DNA of 60,980 bases, filler included, from Asterionella formosa (GCA_002256025.1; 9 parts of 9 records of this genome joined end to end with filler, not necessarily neighbours in it), one strand, 5' to 3'. Positions 24,403 through 37,603 are shown, counted from the first letter of the whole stretch. The notes: generated from the sequence alone by a model not told the origin. Numbers and translations: made by a program.

Positions 24403-25838
24403 TTATCCTTTCTTCGAGCCAACATTCTTCGATGATAAGGATGAAGATTTAGCACTATCAGTATTTTCATGAAATGATGATTTTGGAAGCAATGGAACAG
24501 CGAAATTGAGAAGTTGAGGAACTTGGCACAACCATAAATGGTAGTAATATATACAAGGTCGGCTTCCAACAAAATTAACAAAGTCATTATGACTTCCTGA
24601 CTTTTTGTTGCTCCTGTATGCAATTTGGTAATGATAGTTAATGTACCCCATTGCTATAGAAAATTCGACAGAGGACAGAGCATCATACTTCTTTGGGTAA
24701 CAACTGTCTATCCCCATTTGTTCCCAATAAGACAGGATCTTGTGAAAAGGCAAGATTATTGCTGTCATCATTGTCATCATCAAGGAATGTAGTTATGAGT
24801 CTATCGAAAATGTTTCTGTGCCTAAATTTCCTTGTATCCAGTTCTGCCATAGTTGGAGGCTGACCAAGCATCAACACAACACTTCTGTGTTGCTCACACA
24901 TGTACACATTGATGACACGAAAATATGTGTTATCACAAGTGACACTGCTTGGAGGAGTTGATTTTGCTACTGTAGCCTTTTTCTTTTTTGTTGCCTTCTT
25001 TGCAACAGGAGGAGGAAGAGGCCATGATTTGTCATCGTCATCACTGCTATTTTGCGAATTAAGAACATAGTCAGGGTCTTTGTCTGCTTCATCTGGCTTC
25101 CCTTTCTGTGAATAATCACAGTCTATATCAACATTGCCACGACTCTTTTCTTCAATAATAGATTCATCATTATTGCTTTTGTTGTTGTGGATGCCAATCA
25201 CTTCATTATAAGTGATCATAGTAGAAGGGGGGTATAGTTAACCAACCAGCCAGTCTCTTTTCGGTAAACGGATAATTAAGGAAATAGTGAAGTCCTTCTT
25301 GCCATTCCTGTACCCTGACACCTTAAATTTCACGCAAATTTTTCGAAGTACCTTGACAGATATATGTTTCATGTCAATTCCTTTTATATGAATCAATCCC
25401 AGCCCACTTTCATCCAGAACAAAGTCATCTGGTACTATGAGCGAGTTGACGAACTCATCAATATTGGCTTGAAAACCGGGAAAGAATTTTCCTCTTTTCA
25501 GGGGGACCCATCTCGTCAATGTCAAGAAGTGTACCAGCAGTTGCGGGTATTTGATTTTCAGATGGATGCATCTCATCAATGTCAAGAACAAGTGTACCAG
25601 CAGTTGCAGGTATTTTATTTTCAGATGGATCCATCTTGTCAATGTCAAGAAGTGTACCAGCATTTGCAGGTATTTTATTTTCAGATGGATCCATCTCGTA
25701 AATGTCGGTTGTACCAGCAGTAGATGACTCAAAAATATCTTTGATGTCCTCATCAGCTACAAGGCATTGATTCTTTTCCGAAATGGGAATATCGGCAGCA
25801 TCAGAAGTTTCAGCTGTATCCACTACTTTGCTGCTCAT
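24403..25838 (-). pseudogene. Frameshifted hypothetical protein of a transposon-associated stramenopile type
   Basis: Four overlapping ORFs form one protein: acidic 20-aa repeats, LRKICVKFKVSGYRN, YFRVINV, SGSHNDFVNFVGSRPCIYYYHLWL. Confidence 0.6.
25505..25720 (-). repeat. 60-63-bp coding tandem repeat (~3.5 copies)
   Basis: Unit encodes DIDEMDPSENKIPATAGTLL. Confidence 0.92.
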
Positions 25839-26715
25839 TGCGCCAATTAATCGAGATATAGACGATGTTGGAAGACAGGTATAGAAAAGAACGGACTACT
25901 GATTGTTCTTGTTTGACTGGCAAAGCTGAAAGGTAGTGTATACACCAGAGTACCATATATATATAACAAAAAATAGTCGGTGCAATATTTAATAGAGTTG
26001 TGCATGCGTATTTACAGTTTTTTTATCAGTGCCAACGGACGTGATACACAGTGATCAACGGCTGTATCACTGATACAGCATTGGTCAGGGATCCAAAAAC
26101 TGTATCAGTGATACACCCATGATACACTGGTGATCAGATCAAAAAAACCCAAAAAAACCGTTGGTGAAACACAAAAAACCAAACCGCCATTTTTGTATCA
26201 TATTTCGGTGATGATACACCAATGACGACAAATAATAGAATGATAAGAATGGCCCTAAGATTCAATAGAAACGGATAAAAAATATCATGAGAATACATTT
26301 AGGCATACTCCTGATTTTCCTGATTTTTATATGTGTTTTGGTGTGGAACAAGATTATGTCTACACACAGCAACGCAGATATAGTATAAACATTTAAACAT
26401 CATTTTGTTTGTTTAAAATGGAACTCTATCTATCTGGCGCCGACTCCTTTTTAATTCAAATATTCAAATGAACACTCAAATCATGGGAACTCAGCAGTAA
26501 ACTCCCTGTTCCATGCCGTTTTTACAACCCTAGCGACGTTTCCTCCAAAGTAGGGTTACGCCGAGGGCCGCAACCTTAACAGCCTACCAGGTACCAGGGT
26601 ACCTGGTACCGGCACCCGGTAGGAGGCGATCTAAGTGCGAGTCGAATTAGTCAAACGAATGGGATAAAAACAGTGGGTCAATCCTTTTTACCAGGTACCA
26701 GGGTACCACTTAAAA

Positions 26716-26922
26716 ACTGTAAGCCACCGCTATTTTACTCTATCTTTCGACTAAAAATATTTATGTAATTCAACGATCAAAACTTGACGCAAGTACAAAG
26801 CTTATGTTAGACAATGCTCTCTGCTATACTATTAAGGAATCAGTTTTGATTCAGTGTATCTAGCCATGAAGAAATAATTTTTCCAAAGTCACTAAGATTA
26901 TTGCATAGCGGTGGCTTACAGT
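26716..26922. mobile_element. 207-bp MITE-like element
   Basis: Perfect 18-bp inverted repeats ACTGTAAGCCACCGCTAT (26716-26733) and ATAGCGGTGGCTTACAGT (26905-26922), with an AT-rich non-coding interior. Confidence 0.7.
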
Positions 26923-27083
26923 GCATATTTTTCTATCTGTACATGGATATATTTTACCCCCAAACCGTGTTTATTTTTACTCCGTTAATACTACAAAAAT
27001 TATTTTCTTATTACTTTACGTTTTACACTTTTGCAGGGGCAGCATCATCGTTGGAGAATTCTTCTGATGCATTACATTAATCT

Positions 27084-27183
27084 NNNNNNNNNNNNNNNNN
27101 NNNNNNNNNNNNNNNNNNNNNNNNNNNTTAATTAATTAANNNNNNNNNNNNNNNNNNNNNNNNNNNNNNNNNNNNNNNNNNNN
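27084..27183. other. Artificial contig linker
   Basis: Same 100-nt linker. Confidence 0.99.
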
Positions 27184-30100
27184 TAAAATTAATCTGCTTT
27201 ATCATGTGAAGATTGAGCAGTTTTTGCTTTGCTTTTATGTAAACTTGAGAGAAAAGGGCCGGTCGATTCAATTTGTCTTCAAGTGTGACCATTGGTGTGT
27301 GTCTTAGATTGAACAATTGCCTTTGAAGGTGAACAATTTTTGACGGTGGATTCAATAAATGACTTTTTTTGGAGTGCGAATGGATTACAGTAGATTTGTA
27401 TGCCCTCCAGCAATTGCCCTTTAGTCCCTTGAAACTGTCAAAACAGAAAGGTTTGGTTGCCTGTTGGGGATAGGTAGGATCTCAGCGACTTTGTTACTGA
27501 ACAGGAAAAAAAGGTCAACGCACAAAGTCATATTGACTTGACTAAATAATTAACGATACGACATCAAATATAATTTACCGGGTGGTCGAAATGTCCCCCT
27601 TTAAATATTGTTTGTCTTGAAAAAGACTTACATTATGGTACCAGGTAAAATATGATGATACGGTACTCCTACCTACCTAGTAACTTCTGGCGTTTTCGCA
27701 AATACATCGAGGAAATAATAATGCCCACGCATAGTATGTCTTCACCCTATGAATCGACCAAATCCTAAAGGCCCTTTGAAGTAGTGACGTCATTAAACGT
27801 CAATGAGGGAGTCAGTCATGGAAAGGCAAAACCCAAAGTAAAATGGAAAATGGTACTGGTCCAAAACAAAGTGGCTAAAATATTTTTGTACTTTCGACCA
27901 GCATGACGCATCATGACGTGAAAATGACCCTGAACTTCAATTGGTTTTGGCTTTTGGTCGGTAGGTTGGAGATCTCCTAAAATCGGAGTTATTGGAGAGG
28001 ATAAATACCGGTACTCATGTTTCCCAAGTGAGAGTGCAGAGAGACCTCAGTCATTGTGGAAGGATGACTCCTCCTATATACTTGAGTGTGCATGAAACTA
28101 CATCGGGAATAGGCATCGTAGCTACCGGTACAAAATATTTCTGGGTACCAGTACAAGCAGCAATTAAGGCGGAGGGGCATTTGAGAGAAATAAAGATGCT
28201 TTGGGGATCAAGCCAAATACAATCACGTTCAACGCAGTTATTCATGCATGGTTGACTAACAGAAACCCCCACCGATTATTTTCACTTACAATTCACTTTT
28301 GAATGTCATTTGCAAGAGCAACTCAGTGGTGGATAAAGCCAAAATTGGCATGGAACAATCTATCCGACATGGAGGTAGAGTCAATTCCACCAAACATGTT
28401 ACAATTCTGCCATGATGGCATTTGCATTTTGCTTCTGAAGAATTTGATCTCCCCCAATAGTCAATTGAATGACAAGCCCTCTGCAGAAACTTGTTGTTTT
28501 TTCTATTGGGCTGCAGCGGCAGGGTAAGGCCATGACAAGGGAGTGGAAGACATTTACAAGCTATATTGTCAGGCTGCTTTTGAGAATGAGGAATCCATAA
28601 AGTGAGACTTTAGTAAAATTGCTCTTGATATAGCTCAAAGCTGATTTCAACAAAAATCATATATTACAGTGAATTGATTAATGCATCTGAAATCCCTTAG
28701 AGTATTTCCTGATGTCCCTGGATATTCTGTTTCCCTTTTCTCCTCTGTCCGCAAATTTTTAACTGACAATCCTTGTTCATGTCGTGCTGCCTTAATTATT
28801 CGAATATGATACTGAAAATGCTTTTGATGCTTGGTAATGAATATCAGTTTTGGTCATGACCAGCTCTTGAAAATTCTTGACCAAGCCTTTGTCCAATATC
28901 TTGGGCAGTGGCTTCTTGAGGTCAACGGTCACTAAAGGTATGGGGGACAGCCCACCACTGAGACGGTGTACTTTCATTCCAGACAGCAACTACCTTGGTT
29001 GATAAATAAAGTGCTTCTTCTGGTAGCTATGTTTAGATCATTGCCTTTCAAAATGAAATGAGAGAGTAAACAAAATTGATGATGCTTTTTTCGAACCTCT
29101 ACCATTGTGAATGGCAGCAAGTCACATTCTCCAATGTTCTTATACGACTTTCCTGTAAGAGAAAATATCAACAATGTTAGCAAAACTGTTGCATCAAGTA
29201 AGCAAGACATCTAAACGTAGATATGTGCAACGAAACAATCACATGAACAATCCATCACTCCAATTTCCTTATGAGCAGGCAATGTGCATATAACTTACCT
29301 GTGCTCTCATGGTTGATTGTTGCTTCCATTAAGAATGGTAGCAAGCCACATTCTCCAAGGTTCCTGTATGATTTTGAGGAGATAATATCAATGTTAGCAA
29401 AAGTGTTGCAACGATTAAAGCATCTCCAGCCACACATGCGCCACGAACTGATGACATAAACAATCTATATAGTATCTTCACGTTGTTCCAATCGACATAA
29501 CGAGCATCAAATGAGAGTATAGTAACTTACCTATGCTCTCACTGTTGATTGATGGGTGACAGGTAGCGTTGTTAACCCTCACATCTGCATATATGGAAGG
29601 GAAAGATGTTATTAATGTCGAAATCCAAATTTTTGGACACAGACACTACAAAGCCTTTGCAGCATTGTGCACAAATATATTGAGTGCGGTTTCTTACCTC
29701 GTAATTAGGTTGATTTTTATCATTTGTCTTGAGGAAGTGTAGAAACTTTGAGTGGTAGCAGCGCACATGAACAGCGATACAATTTTATAGTTTGCTTCCA
29801 GTCTCACACGGTACTGATCATAAGCCCCTTGGTAGCCAGCCACAGTTGAGAAGCAAAACAATCACATAACTAACCTAGTCTCACCGGTTAGTTTGATACC
29901 GGTAGAAGGCTCTCTATCACCATTACCCCATCAGTTTGTTATGTGGAATTGAACGCATTACCGGTATGACTTTTTTAACAATATCTCAACATTTCCTCTT
30001 CTTCAAAAAGTGTGTATAACACACATCTCTGTATGTCTAGTAACTTTTTTGAAGGAACATTAAATACCCTACCAGTATGTATGATTAGATAACATATACA

Positions 30101-30800
30101 AGACTTAACAGGAATTCGAATATGGTACCCGATACACTTCCAGTTGTCAAGGAAAAGAGACTAGATGACAGTGTCCTGAATTTTGTTCTCAACAAATTCT
30201 ATGTGGTCCTAGAGTCTGGCTTGTTTAACAAAACATCATTTGAAACTTCAAGGAAATTTCGGAATCATATAGGACAAGCAATGATTTTATGGAAAACTCA
30301 GCACTTTCCTCGAGATTTTAGACTACATCAGAAAGACAACAATATGCCACCAAATGCACCCATGAACTACATCCAGACTGGCAACCATGTCCTGTTTCAA
30401 TATTTCCAACTCCTTACTGGATAAATGGGACAAATCACTTTCCTCCTCGACCTGGTTTTTTAAAATTTACTTTCCCAATCACTCCTACAATTTCGGAACT
30501 CTTTGGTGACAAGTCATGGACTGCTTCTTCCGGATTGGCAACCATGTCTGGTGTTGCCTTTAATTTATATTTTGCTTTTGCTTTGGAAGAGGGAGATTTT
30601 ATATCAAGTCTATCAGATTTGATAGACTCAATTAGACGCTGAGGAAGTAGAAACAAGATCTACCATGGGCATACAAGCAAGACAATCTTTACTTCTTGGA
30701 ATGGTATTGGGAGAAGATTAACTGGCATCAACTATTTCGTTTTCTCTCGCCTGTGTCAATGCATAAATGGAGAATACATGACGTTGGTGATCTTTATTTG
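27184..30800 (-). pseudogene. Heavily decayed multi-exon gene, possibly transposon-borne; weak Ulp1-like protease hints
   Basis: Scattered minus-strand ORF fragments with GTAAG donors, a Cys/His cluster (YICAQCCKG..HICRC), FIHH*VAL (~28320) and FCFDS (~27440). Many stops. Confidence 0.3.
29100..29560 (-). repeat. ~225-bp tandem exon+intron duplication
   Basis: KSYKNIGECDLLPF (29110-29195) vs KSYRNLGECGLLPF (29334-29412). Donor block AACTTACCT(G/A)TGCTCTCA at 29292 and 29524. Confidence 0.75.
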
Positions 30801-31974
30801 GAATGACAGGTATGACAATTTCCATTGGCTCGTCAGGAAAAAAGGTTCCCAATATTGGCGATGCTTCTCAAATGTGGCCGTTATGGTGCACAGAAGCTTG
30901 TTTTTCTTTCGACAACCATTGTTGCTGTTTGACATTGGAATCAGCTAATGATTGAATAATGGTTCTGGTACCCTCATAAATATTTTACACTTCTTCGGAG
31001 TGGCAAGAATATATGTGTGGGACAAGCTACACTACATATGTATAATCTATATAAAAATAGCGGTCACTTTCAGGAAAGTACATATGTGGCAATGGGGTTC
31101 AGGCTATCCTACTATATAGTGCCTCTGATGTAGTCAATAAAGAGATATCTTAAAACAATGGGATAGTACAATATTATTAAGCAAAGTTACAATTGTTATT
31201 TCGACCCCCCTGCTATTCATGGTTAATGTGATGCTACTATTTCCTGAATGAAATGAAGCTACTTCCTGATTAGTGATGTTGCGGCTCTAATTCTGCAGCA
31301 TAAAAATGGTCTCGCCAATGGCTAGTCAATGAGAATGGAAGACCCATGATTAAGGCCATGAGCAACAAACTGCGCTGCCATCTGGTCCATCTTCACTTTG
31401 ATCCACATCTCATCTTGAAGACCAGATTCGAAATACGGATCGATGTTCGCAATGGGCGACTTATGATCAAAAGGTACCATCTTCTTGATTTCGGTTGGAA
31501 TTGAAATTGGGTATGGCCTTCACTGCATCGTTCTCCAATTCAGTCGTATAAATTGACCAAAGCTTTTGATTTCGAGTAACAAACAAACAATCAAACGTCG
31601 CCAGCATGATTCCCCATCAATATCGAGACCATATCATTCGTTATAAGACTGAGATCATCGTCGTCCCCACAAGAAGGTAGCTCGTAAGGGATTGTTCAAA
31701 AAACGCACATGGCTTGTAAGAAATTCGATTACTGATATGCGAATGGAGAGATAATGACGAATAATACCGGTAAAAGAATTGGATCAAAGCATGTATGGGT
31801 AAAGCATTCAAATCGGAATGGCAACAAGGAATGCACCCTTGTTGCACAGAATTCATTCTGACAGCATTGTCGTGTACAAGGTTTACATACACGTAAGGTG
31901 ATCTGTATAAAGTCACAACCTTCGCTAAAACAATAATTGATCAAAGAGCAACAGCTATTGATCAATCAAACAAT

Positions 31975-32340
31975 GTATCAATATATCAAAGCATTTGGTT
32001 AGCATATTAAATTTGATAACTAATACTATATATGACTTCTATCTATGCATAACCTGACCTGTGTAAGCAAATAATCTGACAAACAAATTTGATTGACCAC
32101 ACCAACACGGTCATTGATTTATCAAAATTATCATCAACATAACAAAACATTTGATCAATATATCAACAATTTTGGTTAACCAATTAGATTTGGTAACTAA
32201 TATATACGAGTTCTTATATAAGCATAACCTGCTAACATGTGTATGATACAAAACTTTATGTACAAATTTGATTGATCATACAGACACTGCCGTGGATATA
32301 TCAAAATTATCATCAACATGTCAAAATATTTGAATAATCA
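31975..32340. repeat. ~180-bp AT-rich tandem duplication
   Basis: TCAATATATCAA..TTGGTTA..TAACTAATA..GCATAACCTG..CAAATTTGATTGA..TATCAAAATTATCATCAACAT occurs twice. Confidence 0.85.
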
Positions 32341-32399
32341 ATAATTTTTTAAACGTATGCTGAGTAAAACGTAAGATCTAATGGAAAATCTGTTCACAG

Positions 32400-32780
32400 A
32401 CGACAAGACAACTACAGAAAAGGAAAGATGATTTATACTGCTGCTACATCGGCGAAGGCGCAAACTAAAAACAAACATCATGACATTATGACATTATATG
32501 CAACAACTACAGGAATTGGAATCATCATTTAAAATGCCATTGCATTTTTCAGGTGCAAACTCATCACAAACATCATGGTGAAAGGACATCACACAAGCCA
32601 ACTACCGGAAAAAGAAATTATTTTTGGTTAAACCGCCATGCCATTACAGGCACAAATTAGAAGCAAAACAACAACAAGATCTCACACAAGACAAATACAG
32701 GATTAGGAGCCATTATCGATACAGTCGCTGCATTTTTGCCCCCACAAACTCATCGCAAACATCATGCTGAAAGGACAACA
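32400..32780. repeat. Diverged ~95-bp tandem repeats with ~195-bp higher-order unit
   Basis: CAA(C)TAC(A/C)G(G)A core four times; CAAACTCATC(A/G)CAAACATCATG(G/C)TGAAAGGACA twice. Confidence 0.7.
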
Positions 32781-33871
32781 CTGGGTTTGATGCCTTATAG
32801 TTCCTTGTTGTTGCTTGCTCTAGACATTCAGATATCCCCCCTGAGATTTCCCAATAATTCTTTGCATGATGGCCTCTAATCGACTTTTTGAGAGTACATC
32901 CCCATAATAAGCATGATCTTTGAGCATTGTCTCATCATACATGAGCAATGCAGGACTCAGTCGGAGATATTCACGTGTGAAGGAAAGCCTGTCAACTTAT
33001 TCAACTTGTTGCTTTCAAAGGCGGAACATCACCAAATAGAGTCCAATGATGACACTGGAGAAAACAATGGAATAGTTGAGTAGACCCTTCCTTGGAGTCA
33101 GAAGCACAATTTCAAACTCCAGTATATGAAAACTCCTACAAATCCCGTGGAAGCAGAGCGTCACAGGATTGAGAACATTACACTCGCATATTTCCTTTCT
33201 TGTCTTATTGTGAGTCTACAGCTCGACTGCTTCCCATTTGTTCATAGTCTTATGTTACAATTTTTGAATTCAGAATGAACACATGATGATGTCTTAGTCA
33301 AACTTCCTGGCACAGCTCGGACTTAGAATGCAACTATGAATCAAAATCTGCTCATTGTGGCCAGTTGTACCAAAGGGCATCCTTGCTGATTGAATGACAT
33401 GACTTCAATTAATGTTGATACATTTGCTCGAGGGATTCATAATTTAGATGATGTATTGAAAGCGATTAATGGTGCAGTTGTAACTGTAAAGTATAGTGAA
33501 TAATATTTCACTGTCAAAATCGATAACTGAAGTGGACTATTTACCCAACAAGGAACGCACCCTATAACTCAACAAGATCTTAGGTGATTTGAATGGCTTG
33601 ACTCACGATGAAAGGTGAAGAGGATTTTCGAGTATAAAGGGAAGAACTACCACAGGATTGGAGTTGATTTAATATGATCATATTAGTGGTATTGAGTAGT
33701 GATACTTCATTTTGGTTGTGTGCTATGCTGGTTTTGAAAAATCTAATGGAAAAGTCGATGTGCTATAGCTATACTCTGCCATCATTTTCTCTCGCATCTT
33801 GTCATGATCAATTCCGGTGAAAAATGACAAGCCATCAATAAATCCCTCATCATCTGAATCCAATGTAATAC

Positions 33872-33971
33872 NNNNNNNNNNNNNNNNNNNNNNNNNNNNN
33901 NNNNNNNNNNNNNNNTTAATTAATTAANNNNNNNNNNNNNNNNNNNNNNNNNNNNNNNNNNNNNNNNNNNN
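33872..33971. other. Artificial contig linker
   Basis: Same 100-nt linker. Confidence 0.99.
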
Positions 33972-34774
33972 ATTGCAAAATAGCTAAAATAGAAAATCGG
34001 TGGGAACAAAATGGCACTATCCCACAATTACAATATCTCGATCCATGATTTATTGCTGGATCAAAACCGGCATTATTTGTACTCACCAGTACATCAAATA
34101 GTCATAATCTACAACATTTATTGGCTGAAAACAACAATTGATTCATAAATCATGATTCATCTGTTTACAATGCATAGGCATCATATCATCATTGTCATGA
34201 CATGACATGTCACAAGTACCGGTACCACTGGTAAAGGTTGTCCAGTAAAATGCTTGAATAATGAGCAACTATAGTCTATGTATATCATATCACATCTGAG
34301 ACGCTTTCATGTGATTTTATAATGATAAGCATTGAACTCGAGAATGAATTACTTGATATTTCAAAAACCCCTCTTTCAAAGTTCAACTCAAATTGAGTGG
34401 ATAATTCGTTTGCAATGCGCACTTTCATTTATGAAAAAGTAAAATGAAAAAGTAACAATTATGTGGTGTCTATACTTTCATGCGGCTGTGTACATCACGT
34501 AAATACTATTCACTATATTCTGGTACACACGCTTACTCTTCCCAGATTTCATCTCATGTTTCACATGCATTCCTTTTTTTTAGGTGAAATTACTTGATGT
34601 TACAAATAGTTTCTTTAGAAGTTCCACTCATCTTTATATATACTAGTAGCAGTCTAGTCGGTCATCCAGTGGCTGGTAGTAGGATTGGCTATGCCCTTTC
34701 CTTCTTGTCACATTTGTTCAGTCACACTTGTAGCCTCAGAAACTGGTCCGGACCCACTGCCACATCAAAATATC

Positions 34775-36236
34775 ATGTCAAACAATGAAGAAATAGTTTG
34801 TGCATCTCAAAAGAGATGCATGGTGAAGGAGCTACCAAGGTCAACTGCATATAACTGCCCTGGATGTGGGTATAGCATTCAAGCTCTTTGCGGTTGTTTG
34901 CATGAAGAAGCAGATATTCAGTTCAAAACAACATGCTTCCATTGCTATGAAAAGTTTGGTTGCGCCCTGATGGATCCAGATGATGCAACTGCATTGCAAC
35001 AACTACAACAAGATGAAGAGAGGAGACATGATACCTCCAATCAAGGACAATTGGAGGGCATAGTAGAACTTGCGCATGTAAATATCATGAATAGCATTTT
35101 ACCACCAGAGATTGACAAACAAGGCAGCACTATTACTAGAGAACGTGATACACAAAAAGCGAAGAAGGAAGCAAATAAAATGAAGTCCCTACAGCTCATG
35201 AATTTAGCAAATATCAGAGAGAACACAAGAGCAAAATCAACAATGAGCCGGCACCAGTCTGAACATGAAGTCTTTCTGTTATATTTGTATGAACATGAGG
35301 ACCAGCTACTAGGACCGGAGATGCTAGCGCAAATCAGATATATCACTGATGATATTGATGACATTCCAAATCATATGAAGAAAGCAAGATCAGTGATACG
35401 CAGTTTTTCTTGAAAGGGAAGTCTCTACAGGATTGCATCTAATTAAAATTGAGGGCTTAAAGCCTACAGACTTTGCAAAGTATCTTGGGACCCTCGGTAG
35501 TCCAGTGACAGGCTGTCTACTTAATCAGAAGATGTATAAAAACAAGAAGACATCACTTTACAACCTGTTTAAGAAGTATAATATGAAGGCTACAGACGAC
35601 TTATTTGATGATGAGCTGAAAGATCTCATTGCTGGCGTCAAATGAATTGCAAGTAAGGCAAAACAAGATGGGATGGGTAGCCTTGAGGAGGAAAAACGGG
35701 AATTGACCATCGACCTGTACCGAAAAGTAAACATATGGTTGATTGAAGATGGCTCTCCATCAGCTGTTTTTTCACGTGCATTTTTATGTCTAACTTGGAA
35801 TTTGATGTGCCGTGTTGATAGTACTGATGGTGTCTGTATCAAGCATTTGGTTTGGAGTCAAGATGCTGTGGGGATTCGATTTTCTCATACAAAAAATGAT
35901 CAAGATGGCTCTAAGAATTTCAATCCCCGACACTGCTACACCAACCCTGAGGATTTTGCATTGTGCCCAATAACTGCATTGTTTGAGTACATGACATGCT
36001 TCCCAGAAATTCTACAAGATACAGATGGTCTATTGTTTCCTGGTGCAGAGCAGGAGGATTGATTCAGAAAAATTATCAAGAGGTGGCTACATGGACATGA
36101 AGGCGATCTAGATTGATATGAGGTGGAGGATATTGGTACCCACAGCAACAGTAAGAAGGGTGCAACAACATATGCATCGAGTGGCTCTACAGCAAGTTCA
36201 TCAAGTGTAGCGATCAACAATCGAGGTGGTTGGACT
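34775..36236 (+). pseudogene. CryptonS-like tyrosine-recombinase transposon protein, disrupted and 3' truncated
   Basis: N-terminal Cys-rich module (CPGC..C..CFHC), LTWNLMCR, FSHTKNDQDG, PRHCY.NP...CP, LFPG, IGTHSNSKKGATT, NRGGWT. TGA stops at 35411, 35643, 36060 and ~36114. Breaks off at a (TTAAT)n run before the catalytic Tyr. Confidence 0.85.
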
Positions 36237-36508
36237 ATTACAATTTAATTTAATTTAATTTAATTCAGAATGTGCAAATGTATGATGGTTGCTAGATTCA
36301 ATATAAGCAAGATAAAATGTAAGAAATAATGATTTTGTAACCAACTAGCTTTATACTGTTGACTAATAACAGAGAGAGATGATATTATGGATACATATTG
36401 TCTACCATGAGAAAAGGCAGCATACTATTGTTCTTAATGGTGTGATACTTCCATTGGAAGTGTGTGTACGGTGGTACATATACCGGTATACCTATGATAG
36501 GTGCAGGT

Positions 36509-36648
36509 TGTTGAGGGGAACCTTGTCATAAACAAAGGTGAGCTGCAATATTATGTGTTCTATGGCTGTCGTTCGATTATCGCAACACTTGGCGGGGGTA
36601 TGTACCAGATCTGGTGGCTATGCTCACATCGTAGTACATCATTATGGA
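36509..36648 (-). mobile_element. Partial LTR related to the Copia LTR at 18501-18667
   Basis: TGTTGAGGGGAACCTT..AAAGGTGA..CAATATTATG..TTCTAT.GCTGT..ATGTACC..ATCTGGTGGCT shared. Truncated by repeat copy C. Confidence 0.8.
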
Positions 36649-37603
36649 TTAAGTTTGCAGCCCCGGCTTAACCCTAGTTCGGAGAAAATATCGCTACGGT
36701 TGTAAAAACGGCGTGGAACAGGGAGTTTCCTACTACCGGTATGAATTCCCATGATTCGGCTGTCCATTTGAATATTTGAATTAAATAGGAATCGGGGAGG
36801 TTGATAGAGTTCCAATTAAAAAGAACAAAAATGATATTTAAACGTTAATACTTTTTCTACGTTGCTGAATGTAGACATAATTTTGCTCTACGCCAAAACA
36901 CATATATAAATTAGGAGTATGCCTACATTGCTGATTGTAGTTTCGATATCACTCCATGCACAAAGGTATATACCGGTATGTAAATCAGTACCGGAGTCCC
37001 AGAGTAACGGTATTTCGGTTTTCGGTTTACCAGGTAGTACATAATCTTGGTTCATCATGATGGAAGACAGGATGTACTATCGGTAGTACCAGTACTGATT
37101 TTACCAACCAGTATTCAGTACATCTAATACGTATGGTTCAAGTGTGGCTGGCGAGATTTTACAAGACCGGGATACTTCAGCGAATCTAGAGCAGGTGAAT
37201 AAATTCAATTCAACCAATCAGTATATGTGTAGTGACGCAGGAACTTACCCTGGAGTCTTTTCGGACTGAGAATTATTCAGCGAAACATACCTACCGGTAC
37301 GCAAGACTCAAAGTATACGAGAATGTTTTTGCATGTACAAATTCTGAATCCAATATTTTGGGCGACTGTTGAAAAAGCCGATTGGGTCGACTTTTTCGAG
37401 GAGGATTGCTCTACATCTATGGGTTTTCATGAAGAATGAAATTTATAGCCGTGTACCCTATAATGTCAGGATTTAACTTCTGCAGAGAAGTGGCAGTTAT
37501 CACTCGTAGATTTTTTAAAAGCTTGATGGCCCCCTTTTTTGACTATTTTTCGGATAGTTACGATTCCAAGAGGGATAACTGCCACTTCTCTCCAGAAATG
37601 AGG
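36649..37603. mobile_element. Copy C (reverse orientation) of the ~950-bp repeat
   Basis: Reverse complement aligns with 1098-2050. Begins TTAAGTTTGCAGCCCCGG. 23-bp inverted arms at 37478-37500/37575-37597. Confidence 0.85.

Larger units (their letters stand above)
24160..26256 (-). mobile_element. Nested DNA-transposon remnant, PIF/Harbinger-like
   Basis: Right end ..GAATGGCCC|TAA. About ten TGATACA/TGTATCA motifs in both orientations at 26041-26220. Carries a frameshifted ORF. No matching left TIR found. Confidence 0.45.
23674..26579. mobile_element. Copy B of the ~950-bp repeat, split by a ~2.1-kb insert
   Basis: 23674-~24155 aligns with 1132-~1595 and 26257-26579 aligns with 1730-2050. 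Ends GGGCCGCAACCTTAA. Confidence 0.8.

Noticed and set aside
32780..33700. Coding-like stretch
   Set aside because: Stops in all frames; no assignable domain.
36668..36677. piggyBac terminus TTAACCCTAG
   Set aside because: Homology extends ~20 bp beyond it in all copies, copy B lacks this TTAA, and there is no partner TIR.
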